Shown here one piece after another: positions 1 to 12,301 of a stretch of 64,000 nt of DNA; the stretch's first letter is position 1, and every line of letters begins with the position of its first letter. Both the position numbers and the translations under genes were made by a program. The stretch is from Felis catus (taxonomy: Eukaryota), in NCBI RefSeq assembly GCF_018350175.1, contig NC_058369.1, positions 18,166,001-18,230,000 of the forward strand, written 5' to 3'. The notes under the pieces were generated by a model that saw only the letters and a program-made list of their open reading frames with translations, was not told where the DNA came from and ran no database searches.

Positions 1-21
1 CATTGGATGTCAGCTCCCGTC

Positions 22-57
<36 letters not shown>

Positions 58-3000
58 GCTTTGGTTACTGGATATGACCTTGGTTTGTAAAAATGGTGAT
101 CATCCTGCTTATATGGAACCCCCTGGAAAACACAGAATTCTGGTAGGGGCTCAACCAGCCTTTTGTACTAAGTACTTCCCAGAGGTTTTCTATTAAAATG
201 CACACCCTAAAAGATAGTCTGGCTGGGTTTACTCCATGATAATGTAGCTGGTGGGGGATAGATGAGGTACAGATAGAGTGGACCTGGCCATGAGTTGATG
301 TTGGAGCTGGGTGATGGATGCATGGGTCTCATCATGTTCTTCACTTTGTAGATGCTTGAAATTTTTCATAATAAAAAAGTATCCTTATGGTCAAGGATGA
401 TGACTTTCATATTTTTGCTTTATTGTGTTTTGTGTAAATAACTTTATTTGGGGAGGTTGTTGGGTTTTTTGGTATTTTAATGATCAGAGACAGCACTGAG
501 TTAAGATTAGACTGGAGAGAAATCTTCACATTTAATCAGATTTTTAAAGCATGAATAATGTGGGTGCCTCAGTTGCTAGTGTGCCCTCCCTCCGTGGAGA
601 CCTGTAAAGAAAAAGTGAAAGGAAGCCAAGTTATGATCAGGTGCCAGAGAGCTGACCTTCTAGAAGCTGAGAATATGTAGATGTGAAGTCTGGGAGAATG
701 AAGGCCCACCCACTTAAATTTGATTGTAGGGGTGAGCCTCGCCTAAGGTAGCTGGGACCTCGCTGCCACCACCACTGCTGCTGATTTTGTCCCATTCTAG
801 TAGGCCGATGTTCACCTACTCCTTTGTCTCTGTGCTTTAACCTTGTTTCTTCCTCTTATTCCTTTAGTACCTTCTCGCCTCACCCCCCACCCTCCAAGAC
901 CTGAATTCATCCATCTTGATCTCCTTAGGCTAGCTTTCCTTTATCATGTCCCTTTCTATCCTGGCCCAGAAGCTCACCCACAATTCACTCCTTTCCTTCA
1001 TCTCTGCTGTTTAGTGAATGACCACTAGTGTTTGTTAACAAATGTGATTGGACTACGAAGTGGCTTAACACAGGCTGAGGCATGGAGACCCATTCGTGTA
1101 NNNNNNNNNNNNNNNNNNNNNNNNNNNNNNNNNNNNNNNNNNNNNNNNNNNNNNNNNNNNNNNNNNNNNNNNNNNNNNNNNNNNNNNNNNNNNNNNNNNN
1201 NNNNNNNNNNNNNNNNNNNNNNNNNNNNNNNNNNNNNNNNNNNNNNNNNNNNNNNNNNNNNNNNNNNNNNNNNNNNNNNNNNNNNNNNNNNNNNNNGCGA
1301 GCTGTGTTATTAACTCGTCCCTGAGGGCTGGACAGCTTGAATCAACTGTAGGAGACTAAAAAGAGGAAGAAGCAACTGACCATGTTCGTGGGTTTCCTTG
1401 GAGAACTGTTGTCAAGAGCAGAGGCTATTCACTATGTGCCTTGATCCTTATATAAAATTAACATATGCATTATTTTTGAATAATAAACATATACGATCCA
1501 AGTGCTCTGGGATGTCAAGTAGTAACTGTTAAATTTCCTGAAAGTCTTAAAACATTTTCCCCAAAGATGGATGTTGGCTGTGTTAGAAAGGGTCTAGAAT
1601 GTTGTATGTACTTACCATTTCCTTCAGTAGCTCTGGTATTTTAAGTTCTTTGTGGTCAGGAGATTAAGAAGAGGTAGGCTCAGGGACCTGTGATATAAAA
1701 AATCATTTTGCCACAGTCAGCTTTCTGCGTAGGGACCTAACGGAGAAAATATACAGCAGTAAATTTGAAATACAGGGTGGGGCAGCAAGTCAGAATTGCT
1801 GAAGTATAAGCCGATAACCAAATTGCTGCTGCTGTTGCCTTATCTAAGGTCTTGAAATCCTGCTGCTGTCTCCTTGTAATGAGTGGGTTGGAGGCCACGA
1901 GATTCAGAGGTTTTATCAAGGTGTTCTCCACTCTAACTGACAGTTTGATGTTTACACTATTTCATTTCTCTAGTCTCTGAAGCCCTTAGAACATGGAAGA
2001 AAGTGTCTCCAGAATATCTACTGAAATGCAGAGGTTGTGGACTTGTGTACTACTGTTAACCAGTGAGGACCTCCTTGATGGCAACAGAGGCTAAAGCATT
2101 CTTGTACACTTTATTACATCTCTGAGAAAATCTTAGCATCATTGCCCAAATTCTGGATTTCCCACTGGTTCCCACTCCCTACCCCCCAAGTCCTCCTTAT
2201 GAAGTAGGGATAGAATTGTGTAGCACACTTACTATATTGTTTATAAGAGACAGAAAGGAGAACTTGACTCCCAGCAGCTGTCTACTCCTTTGGATATCTA
2301 TGCACAAGTGGTAACTACTGGACATGTTTTGAGGACCTGTATCAGGGAAATATCTTTTAAGCGTCTGTCCCAAACATAGATTATAGAAGATGACAGAAGG
2401 TTTTTGTCTGCAACCTTTGGGATATATTGATGACCAGCAGTAAAGTCCTTTCTGGCATGCATGTAGCTAAGGGTTTTCTGGAATAAAGATATGGAAACCA
2501 CTTGAGGGTTTGAGGATTGTAAATGGAATGCAAAACCAAGCAAGATTGGATTGGCAGTGCAGAGCAGTGGTTAGGGTAAATGACAACAGAGGGCAATCCC
2601 ACAGTTTTTTTCAATCTAGAAGGAAAGCTCCTTAGAGGCTCCTGACCCTAGGAACTGGTCAGGTTTGAGGATACAGGGAAAGAGGGAAAAAGGGCAGGGA
2701 AGATAGGCTGCTCTTGGCTTCTGCTCTTACCTTATCTTTAACTCTGTAAAAGCCTTCTCTGGGCCACCAGAGACTCTAGGGAACCCTTCAGTCTTTGATG
2801 AACTTTATACCACTACTTGCCCTCCCTTCCCCACCTTGATCAGTCACATCCCTTCCCCAGCTCCCAGGAAAAATAAGAGTTCTTATCTTTGGGGCTTATG
2901 TTCACACTGACCAAGGCTTTTAGACATGACTGTGATAACCCAAAGACAGGCTTGAGAGTTGTGCTTTGTGGAACAGCAACATTTAAGGAGCCAAAAGACT

Positions 3001-4999
3001 AGGAGCAGAGCATCTAGTGGAACACTAAGAAAGCTTGGTCTGGGAGGTCGAGAGAGAGCCAGAGAGCATTATAAAGTTAACTAGCATTATAGACCTGTAT
3101 GGAAGTTGTATCTATTTATGCTGAAATTCACATTGTATGATCAGTTAACCTTTAGTCAAAACTATGTTAAAACTCTGAAGGAGGATTTTTCGAAAGGTCA
3201 GAGTGACTAATGCAGTAGCTTAAAGGTCAGCCTTTTGTTTATTGTAACATTTGTTTATGCAAGTTATTGCCATTATGTTAAATAAATTGGGCAAACTTTT
3301 CCGTCCTGACTTCTATTATGAAAAATTAAAACATACAAAGAAGTTTAAGGAATTATATAGTGGACATCCATATACCTGTGATCAAGATTATACAGTTGCT
3401 AACCTTTTGCTACGTTTGTTTTGTTATATATCTAGCCATTGACCAATTTTATTTTTATACAGCTTTATTGAAGGATTATTTACATTCCATTAAATTCACC
3501 CATTGTAAAGTGTACCATTAGAAGAATTTTAGTAAATTTATACAACTATGTAACCATCACCACAATCTGAGTTATAGAATTATTTTCATCATCTGGAAAG
3601 TTCCCATGTGTTGGTTAGTAGTCAGTCCCTGCTCACAGCCCCAGGCAACTAGTGATCATCTTTCTGTATGTATGGTTTTACCTTTTTTTTTTTTAGAAAT
3701 TTCGTATCAAAGGAATTATACAATATGTAGTCTTTTGTGTCCAGCTTCTTTCACTGAGCATAATGTTTTTGAGGTTCACCCATGTCATATTACATGTCAG
3801 TAGTGCTTTCCTTTTTATTGCTGAATTTTCGGTTGTATGGATATATTACATTTTTTTTATCCATTCATTCATCAGTTGTGGACATTGGGTTGTTTCCAGT
3901 TTGAAGCTATTCTGAAATATGCTGCCATGACCATTCATGTCCAGGGCTTTAAATGGACATATGCTTTCATTTTTCTCGGATAGATATCTGGGAGTGGGAT
4001 TGTTAGGTTGTAATATGTGTGTTTAACGTTTTAAGAAACTGCCAAACTGTTTTCTGAGGTGACTGCTATTTTACATTGCTGCCAGCATTCTGTAGGGGTT
4101 CCAGTTTCTCCACATTCTTGCTAGCTCTTGGTATTGACAGTCATTTGGATTATATTCATTCTAGTGAGTGTGAAGTGGTATCTTGTGGTTTCAATTTGCA
4201 TTTCCCTTATGACTAATGATATCGAAGATCTTTTCTTTTGCTTATTTACTGTTCATACATTTTTGGGGTGAAGTGTTCAAATCTTTCATCCATTTTTAAA
4301 AATTAGGTTGTCTTCTTGAGTTGCATGTGTTCTTTATAGATTCTGAATTAAATCCTTTATCAGATACATGATTTGTAATTATTTTCCCTCTGTGGCTTAT
4401 CTCTTCCATTTTCTTAATGTCTTTGAAGAGTAAAAGTTTAATTCTGATGAAGTTCAGTTTATCAATGTGCTTTCATTGTCTTATGTAAGAAATCTTTGCC
4501 TAAGCCAAGGTTGCAAAGATTTTCTTGTAGAAGTTTTTTAGTTTTTAGTTTTACATTTAAATCTGTGAACTATTTTGAGTTAATTTTTGTGTGATATGAA
4601 GTGTCCAAGTTCTGTTTTGTTTTTGCATAATGATGTTCAGTTATTCCAGAACCATCTGTTGAATGTTTCCTCTCTTGAATTCCTTAGCACCTTTGTTTAA
4701 AATTAACCATAAATGTCTGAGTTTACTTCTGAATTTTATTCTGTTGTATTGATCTTTATGTCTGTTTTTAAGCCTGTATGTACCCTCCTGCCTTGATTAC
4801 TATAGCTTTATAGTAAGTGTTAGAGTCAGATGGCATAAGTCCTCCAACTTTGCTCTTCTCTTTCAAGATTGCTTTGGATATTCTGGGTCATTTCCATGTC
4901 CATGGATTTTAGGATCAACTGTTAATGTGTGCCTCTTGCCCCCCACCCCCGAAAAAACCCTGCTTTGATTTTGATTAATTTTGATTGTCTTCAGTCTGT

Positions 5000-5690
5000 A
5001 GCTATGTTGTTCAGTATGGTGACTATGAACACATGTAGCCATTGAGATTTGAAATGTGACCATTTTGAATTGGTATATGCTATGATTGTAAAATATAAGT
5101 GTACTTTTCGGGCACCTATGTGGCTCGGTTGAGTGTCTGACATCGGCTCAGGTCATAATCTCGCGGTTTGTAAATTCGAACCCCATATCGAGTTCATCGC
5201 TCTCAGTGCAGAGTCCACTTCAGATCCTCTGTCCCCCCCTCTCTCTCTGCCCCTCCCCGGCTCATGCTTTCTAAAAAATGAATAAATAAATAAAACATTT
5301 AAAAATAAAATAAAAGTGTACTTTGAAGATTCATATAAAAAAAGGATGTAAGGGGCGCCTGGGTGGCTCAGTTGGTTGGGTGGCCAACTCTTGATTTCAG
5401 CTCAAGTCTTAATCTAATGGTTCATGAGATCAAGCCCCGTATTAGACTCTGTGCTGACAACATGGAGCCTGATTGGGATTCTGTCTCTGTCTTTCTCTGC
5501 CCCCCCCCCCCCCCCACGTGCATGCTCACACGCTAGCTCTCTCTCAAAATAAATAAACTTAAAGAAAAAAGATGTAAAATAAAATAGTTCTTGAATAATT
5601 TTTGTGGATTACCTGTTGAAATAATATTTCAGATATATTGGTCTAAATATATTACTAAAATACATTTCACCTGTTTAAAATTTTAGTTTT
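5000..5690. mobile_element. MER33-like hAT-Charlie DNA transposon remnant, split by two SINEs (about 5108-5316 and 5352-5575, + strand)
   Basis: acatgtagccattgagatttgaaatgtg..gtaaaatata, resuming at gatgtaaaat..ttgaaataatatt..tttcacctgttt. Confidence 0.55.
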
Positions 5691-6685
5691 CATTTGTTTG
5701 CTGCTGTATAGAAATACATTTGATTTTTGTATATTGACTTTGTGTTTTGTTATCTCATAATTCATTTATTCTAGTAGTAGTTTTTGCATATTAGGATATT
5801 CTGAGTAAACAATCAATTTTATCTAAGAATAGAGACAGATTTGCTTCTTTTTCCAATCTTTATTTAATGTCTTTTTTTTCTTTTCTCTTTGCCTTATTGC
5901 CCTGGCTAGGGCCTCCAGTATAATGTTAAATGGTCAGGATGGTCATCTGTGCCATTTTCTTGATCTTAGCATTCAGTATAATGTTTTTCATAGGTGCCCT
6001 ATATCAGATTCAGGCAGTTCACTTTTTCTCCCTCACCTCTCGGATAATTCACTTTTTGTCCTGATTTGCTGCATATTTGTATCTTGAATGAATTTTGTCA
6101 AATGGGTTTCTGTGTCTGAAATGATCATTTTTCCACCTTTATTTTGTTAATGAATTACAATAGTTTTCACATGTTCAATCAGCTTTCCATTCCTGGGATA
6201 AACCTCACTTCATTATCATATATTGTCCTTTTTCTATATTGCTGGATTTAATTTGCTAAAATATTTGGATTGATTTTTGTGTTTATGTTCATAAGGGATA
6301 CTGGTCTGTAATTTTCTTTCTGTTATATTTTTGTCAGATTTTTATATCAGGGTTATTATGTTAGCTTCATAAAATAAATTGGAAGAAGTGTAACTTCCTT
6401 GAGTTTCTAAAAGTAAGATTGGTGTTGATAGAATTCAACAGTAAAAACTTATGGGCATGGGAGTTTTGTGAGAAAATTTTTGATCATAAAGTCAATGTCT
6501 GTAGTAGATATAAGAGCTATTCTGTTTATCTTCTCTACTTTGTGTCAGTTTTGCTAAGTATTTTCCAAGAATCTTGTCAATTTCACCTAAGATTTAAATT
6601 TATTATCCCTTTTTCACCTGTTATTGGTCATTTGTATTCTCTTTTTCTTAATCTAGCTAAAGTTTTTATCAATTTTATTGATCTA

Positions 6686-7351
6686 TTTTTTTTTCAACTT
6701 TTTTTTAATTTATTTTTGGGACAGAGAGAGACAGAGCATGAACAGGGGAGGGTCAGAGAGAGAGGGAGACACAGAATCGGAAACAGGCTCCAGGCTCCGA
6801 GCCATCAGCCCAGAGCCTGACGCGGGGCTCGAACTCACGGACTGCAAGATCGTGACCTGGCTGAAGTCGGACGCTTAACCGACTGCGCCACCCAGGCGCC
6901 CCTTGATCTATTTTTTTAAGTTTATTTATTTTGAGAGAAAGAGTATGCAAGTGAGGGGGGGGGGGGGGGGGGGGGGGGAAGGAATCCCAAGCAGGCTCTG
7001 CCCTGTCAGAGTGAGGCTTGGACTCATGAACTGTGAGATCATGACCTGAGCTGAAATCAAGAATTGGGTGTTTAACTCATTGAGCCACCCAGGCACCCCT
7101 TGTTGATTTTTTTGAAGAATCAACTAATGGGGTTTGTTAATTTTCTTTTTAAGTTTTTTAATATTTATTTTGAGAGAGTGAGAGCGAGGGAGGGGCAGAG
7201 AGAGGGAGAGAGAAAGAGGAAATCCCAAGCAGCCTCCACGCTGGCAACACAGAGCTTGGCACAGGGCTTGATTGAACTCAAAAACTGTGAGATCGTGACC
7301 TGAGCTGAAATCAAGAGTCGGGTGCGTAACTGACTGAGCCACCCAGGCACT
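6686..7351 (-). mobile_element. Three tandem carnivore SINEs; the first (6686-6902) is a young SINEC_Fc with TSD ttgatctattttt
   Basis: Poly-T tail, (AG)n tract, tRNA-derived head ending ccacccaggcgcccc. Confidence 0.9.
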
Positions 7352-7683
7352 CCTGTTAATTTTCAATATTATTTGGTTTGGATTTAATTTATTTCTTGTC
7401 TTTTTTTTTCTTTATTATTTTTTTTCTTTTCACTTGCTTTAAGTTTTATCATCTTTTTCTAGTTTCTCAAGAGGGACTTAAGGATTTTTTTTCCTAGTAT
7501 AAACATTTACAGTTGTAAATTTCTCCCTGGCATCATGTTAGCTGCANNNNNNNNNNNNNNNNNNNNNNNNNNNNNNNNNNNNNNNNNNNNNNNNNNNNNN
7601 NNNNNNNNNNNNNNNNNNNNNNNNNNNNNNNNNNNNNNNNNNNNNNNNNNNNNNNNNNNNNNNNNNNNNNNNNNNNNNNNNNN

Positions 7684-8137
7684 TGAGAGAGAGAGGAGCA
7701 CACACAAGCAGGAGAGGGGCAGAGATAGAGGGAGACACAGAATCTGAAGCAGACTCCAAGATGGGAGCTGTCAGCGCCTAGCATGACACAGGGCTTCAAC
7801 CCACAAACTGTAAGATCATGACCTGAGCTGAAGTTGGACACTTAACTGACTGAGCCACCCAGGCGCCCCTCAAAACATTTTCTAATTTCTCTTGTGATTT
7901 ATTTTTTTTTCTTTCTTTAAAAATTTTTTTTTTTTAATATGTATTTATTTTTGAGACAGAGAGAGACAGAGCATGTGCAGGGGAGGGGCAGAGAGAGAGG
8001 GAGACACAGAATCCGAAGCAGGCTCCAGCCTCTGAGCTGTCAGCACAGAGCCCGACGCGGGGCTCAAACTCGTAAATCACGAGATCGTGACCTGAGCAGA
8101 AGTCGATGCTCAACCTACTGAGCCACCCAGGCACCCC
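7684..8137 (-). mobile_element. Two carnivore SINEs
   Basis: SINEC body and head motifs at 7684-7869 and about 7905-8137. Confidence 0.85.
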
Positions 8138-9565
8138 TCTCTTGTGATTTCTTATTTGACACACCAGTTCTGCTCAGAAGTATGTTCTTTAATTTCCAAA
8201 TATTTGCTACAGAAAAGGGCATTCTTGGCAGATAACAGTTAGCAAAGTGCATGGGGATGCTAGAATCACTTGGTCTGTTGCTGGACTCCAGGGCACAGTG
8301 GTTCTGATGACTTCCACTAAGGGCTTCAGGTTTGTCTTGTCAGTACTGGAAAGCAGTGATGGGTTTTAAGCAGTGTGGGAACTGATCTTGGCAAGATGTA
8401 ACGGCTCTGTAAGAGCTGTCTTAATACTTTTCAGTCAGGGTTTCAGGAAGGTAATCCTAAAGGTTATGGAGTGGAGGGGTCCAGACAATAGTACTAATAG
8501 GTTGCTAATTTCTTGATCAAAACAGTGTAGCAAGGGTTCATCTTGATTCTGCTGGAAGATTCTGTTCTCCACGATTGAAAATAATAGAGAAGAATGGAAG
8601 ACTCCCCAGTTGTGAAGTATTGACTCTGATAGATTCTGAATAAGTCTTTGATCATTAGACAGTAATGGCATGAAAACTCAGGGAGTTCTTTCCTGCGAGA
8701 GTTTAGCTGTTTGTACTCTTTAATGTTTTAATATCCTCCCCACGGTTTGTCCTGGCCCTTTTGTGGAAAATGGCTTAAGTAGTGCCCCTGCCCCCAACAC
8801 ACATCCTTTTCTGCCCCCAAATCACCTGTGGTTGCTTCCTCTGAGATACTGCTGGGGTGTGTATGCAGTCAGTTCTCTCTTGTGACCCCAAATCAGGAAT
8901 GAAGTAGCCTCACTGCTGAGACTCCTTTTTTTAGCATAAATTCTAGGTCCTCTTCCTCTACCCTTGTGCTGTTTTTGCCAGAGAGCCTTTTGGAACCTGA
9001 CTTCCCTATAGATTCCCTGGTGTCCATTATAGGGCAAGGTGCAGTCACACTGCATTTTGCTTAAATTGTCTCTGGGTGTCTTCAGGTTTATATTGGATTA
9101 TTGAGGGAAAGAATCCCTGATTTTCTATGATACACTGTGGACACAATATGGGCCATTTTCACACCCCCATCTGTGACTTAGGGATCACAGTAGCACTTCC
9201 TGCAGAAGGCTAGTGGGGGGTGCATACAGCTGACATGTGTGTGTCTACTATCGCGTATATATTGACGTATTCTTGGCTGTTGGCACTGAAAGAATAGATT
9301 CCTATCACTCCACTGTCAGTTCCATAAAGTGCTAGATGTATCTTCTCTTCACATAATCTGTTCTCACCAAAACTCAAATCTGCTGGGATATTCTGAGTTG
9401 GTCATTAGTGGATTTGCAGTCATTAATAAAATTTGTTTCAACAGAGGGCCAGATTTTCCATAGGTGGGCTGTACCTGGTGTGCTAATTCTGAGGTTTTTT
9501 GTTGTTGCTGTTAGTGCTATTCAAATCAAGGGATCAGATGAGGTAGAGTGTTAACATTCTGTTTC

Positions 9566-9788
9566 TTTTTTTTTTTTTTTTTCAACGTTTTTTATTTATT
9601 TTTGGGACAGAGAGAGACAGAGCATGAATGGGGGCGGGGCAGAGAGAGAGGGAGACACAGAATCAGAAGCAGGCTCCAGGCTCCGAGCCATCAGCCCAGA
9701 GCCTGATGCGGGGCTCGAACTCACGGACTGCGAGATCGTGACTTGGCTGAAGTCGGACGCTTAACCGACTGCGCCACCCAGGCGCCCC
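9566..9788 (-). mobile_element. Young felid SINEC_Fc with 16-bp target-site duplication
   Basis: TSD taacattctgtttctt at 9552-9567 and 9789-9804. Confidence 0.93.
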
Positions 9789-11259
9789 TAACATTCTGTT
9801 TCTTAAGGAACGTTGAAGGATTCCATCTTGAAAATCCACAGATTACAGACATGATATCATTTAATAATTGGTGTCATTGAGTGGTCCCCCTGTGTCCAGT
9901 AAAGTTCAGGATTCTGTGGATGAGAGACAGCCTGACCCGTGTCTCAGCTTAAAGGCTTCATCTAAGCCATCAATGGTGTGAAAGGGGAGGTGGCTGTTAG
10001 ACATGGCCAGGACTTCTCTGGCTTTCCCAGATGGTTTCATACCACAGCATGGCAAGACATTTAGAAGTCAGGACAGACGATGGTGTAGGTCTGACTGGGC
10101 TCCATTAGGTAAGAGATGATAGAAAAGGCTGTGAGGAGGTCATCAAAAACAGTATCACAGTCAGGTTTTTAAGAAAGTTTGTAGCCAGGAGCTACATTCA
10201 AAACCATTATTTAAGTTTAAACTGTATGTTTTGTCTCTGTTTTCATTTTGTGATAGTGGTTTGCTGTGGATAAATAGTTTTGTTATGGCTACAGTGAGGA
10301 GAAATGTCAGTTATAATTCAGGAATCCTAGACCTAAAGTCTCCATGGTTCTCAACAAGAAAATACTACAGCAACATGCCTGAGTCTGATGCCTCTTCCCG
10401 TGCATGGAAGAGAAGTGGGGACCCCCATCCTTAGTGAAGTGTGCTGTCTTGAGACCTGGGTTTTCTCCAGATGTTCCTGGGTTGCAAGACAGAAAGGCAT
10501 TCACTCAGTGCACAACCTTTGATACTGATTATGCACTGGGATATACCCTTGCTTAGTAAGTTGCATCTGTCTCCTTTCAGGAGTAACTTGAGCTCTAGGA
10601 GCAGGGGTTGCAAGTTGGTCACTGTGTCTCCCCTCTCTGCAGTTCTTATCTGTGGACCAAGCATGTACTACCTTACGGTTCCTTGGTAGCTCCAGTTTAA
10701 AGACTCAGTCCAGTGAACAGAGTACTAAGGTTCTGTGTGTTCTCTTAGCTCCCTGGCCTCAAGTGTGCTTCTCGTTTCTCCTTGATTTAGTGGCACCCTC
10801 CTGCTCTGCAGTGCTCTCTCTGGGAAGCCTCATCTAGACCTCCAAACACAACCCCATCTTCTGTGGCCCTACCCTTCTCTTGACAACCTCAGGCTGTTCC
10901 TTTTTGTAACTAGTCTGCTTCCCCTATTAACAGGATATTGTGGCTATAACATGTACATGCTATCTTACTACTGGCTTATTTAGCTTAATATTAAAATATG
11001 TACTTCTTCCTATGTCAAACTTATTTCTGTAACATTCTTTTCAATGACTGCATAGTTCATTGCATGGATATGTCATATATTATTTACCTAGTTCCTTTTT
11101 ATTAGACATTTAGGTTATTTTTAATTTTTTACTCTTGTAAAACACTGTGGTACACCTGTCCTCTATGATCTCTTCAGAAAAATTTACAGAAGTAGAATTG
11201 CTAGCTCAAAGCACCTTCTGAGACTCTTTAACAGCCATAACCAGTGTGCTTTAAAAACA

Positions 11260-11790
11260 TTTTTTTTTTTAAATTTTTTTGTTTATTTTGAAGGAGAGAC
11301 AGAGTCTGAGCAGGGGAGGGGCAGAGAGAGAGATACAGAATCCAAACAAGGCTCCAGGCTCTGAGCTGTCAGCACAGAGCCCGATGTGGGGCTCAAACTC
11401 ATGAACTGCGAGATCATGACCTAAGTCGAAGGCAGACGCTTAACCAACTGAGCCACCTAGGCACCCTTTTTTTTTAAATTATTATTTTTTCAATGTTTGT
11501 TTATTTTTGGGAAATAACAAGTGTGCTTTAAAAGGTAGGGGCCACAAAGACTGCCCATAGACTTTTTTTCCCCCAGTTTATTATCTTGAGAGAGTGAGAG
11601 AGAGAGAGAGAGCGCGCGCGTGCGCACATGCAGGAGGAACAGAGAGAGGTAGAGAGAGAGAATCCCAAGCAGAATCTGCACTTGTAAGCACAGAGCTTGA
11701 TGTGGGGCTCAATCTCATGAATAGTGAGATCATGACCTGAGCTGAAATCAAGAGCCAGACACTTAACTGACTGAGCCGCCCAGGTGCCCC
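11260..11790 (-). mobile_element. Two carnivore SINEs
   Basis: SINEC motifs at about 11260-11466 and 11577-11790. Confidence 0.85.
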
Positions 11791-12301
11791 AAGGCTTTTA
11801 AATCTTCCTGCAATCAGGGCTCATTGGTTGGCAGGAATTTGGAGATTTTATACAGGTGTGTGTTGTTTTGCTGGAGTTATACAAGAAGTCCAAGCCTAGA
11901 GATTTTCTGCAAGTAATGGGCCTAACTAGAGGTGCACTTCCCATGTGTGGCCTCCTACAGCAGCTTGAGGGAACATAGACCACTTTAGAGAACACAGCTT
12001 TTTTGCTTAAATTGAACACTGGATTGTTAACTGTAGACAGGGAGGTTTTGCTTAAGATTCAATTCAGATTGATTTCTTGGAAGGGTCATTAATGAAAACA
12101 AAGAAAAGTTAAAGAGATCTGGGAAATCACTAAGATCATAAGAGTCTGAACTTAAAAGATGAAGCAGAGAACCAAGAGGAAGAATTTGGAAGTCAAGCCT
12201 GGGCCTGCTGTAGACATGAATGTGTATGCACTTCTCAAAATTTGGAGCTCTGTGAAAGAAACTATAGTTGTAATTTGATTTTTTTTCTTTCTTCTTTTTA
12301 G

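Larger units (their letters stand above)
3440..8210 (-). mobile_element. Old, degraded LINE-1 (L1M-type) fragments, interrupted by younger elements
   Basis: Typical antisense L1 3'/ORF2 signatures (aaattcacccattgtaaagtgtac, ggacattgggttgtttccagttt, tttgcatttccc..atgactaatgat, gggataaacctcactt); no ORF. Confidence 0.75.

Noticed and set aside
1032-1359. ORFs spanning N runs
   Set aside because: Artefacts of gaps, which contain no stop codons.
6955-6978. Long poly-G run as a G-quadruplex element
   Set aside because: It lies in the variable tract of a SINE, and homopolymer length is unreliable.
6419-8164. Repeated ORFs ending [14 protein letters not shown]..
   Set aside because: Translations of SINEC elements, recurring at each copy.
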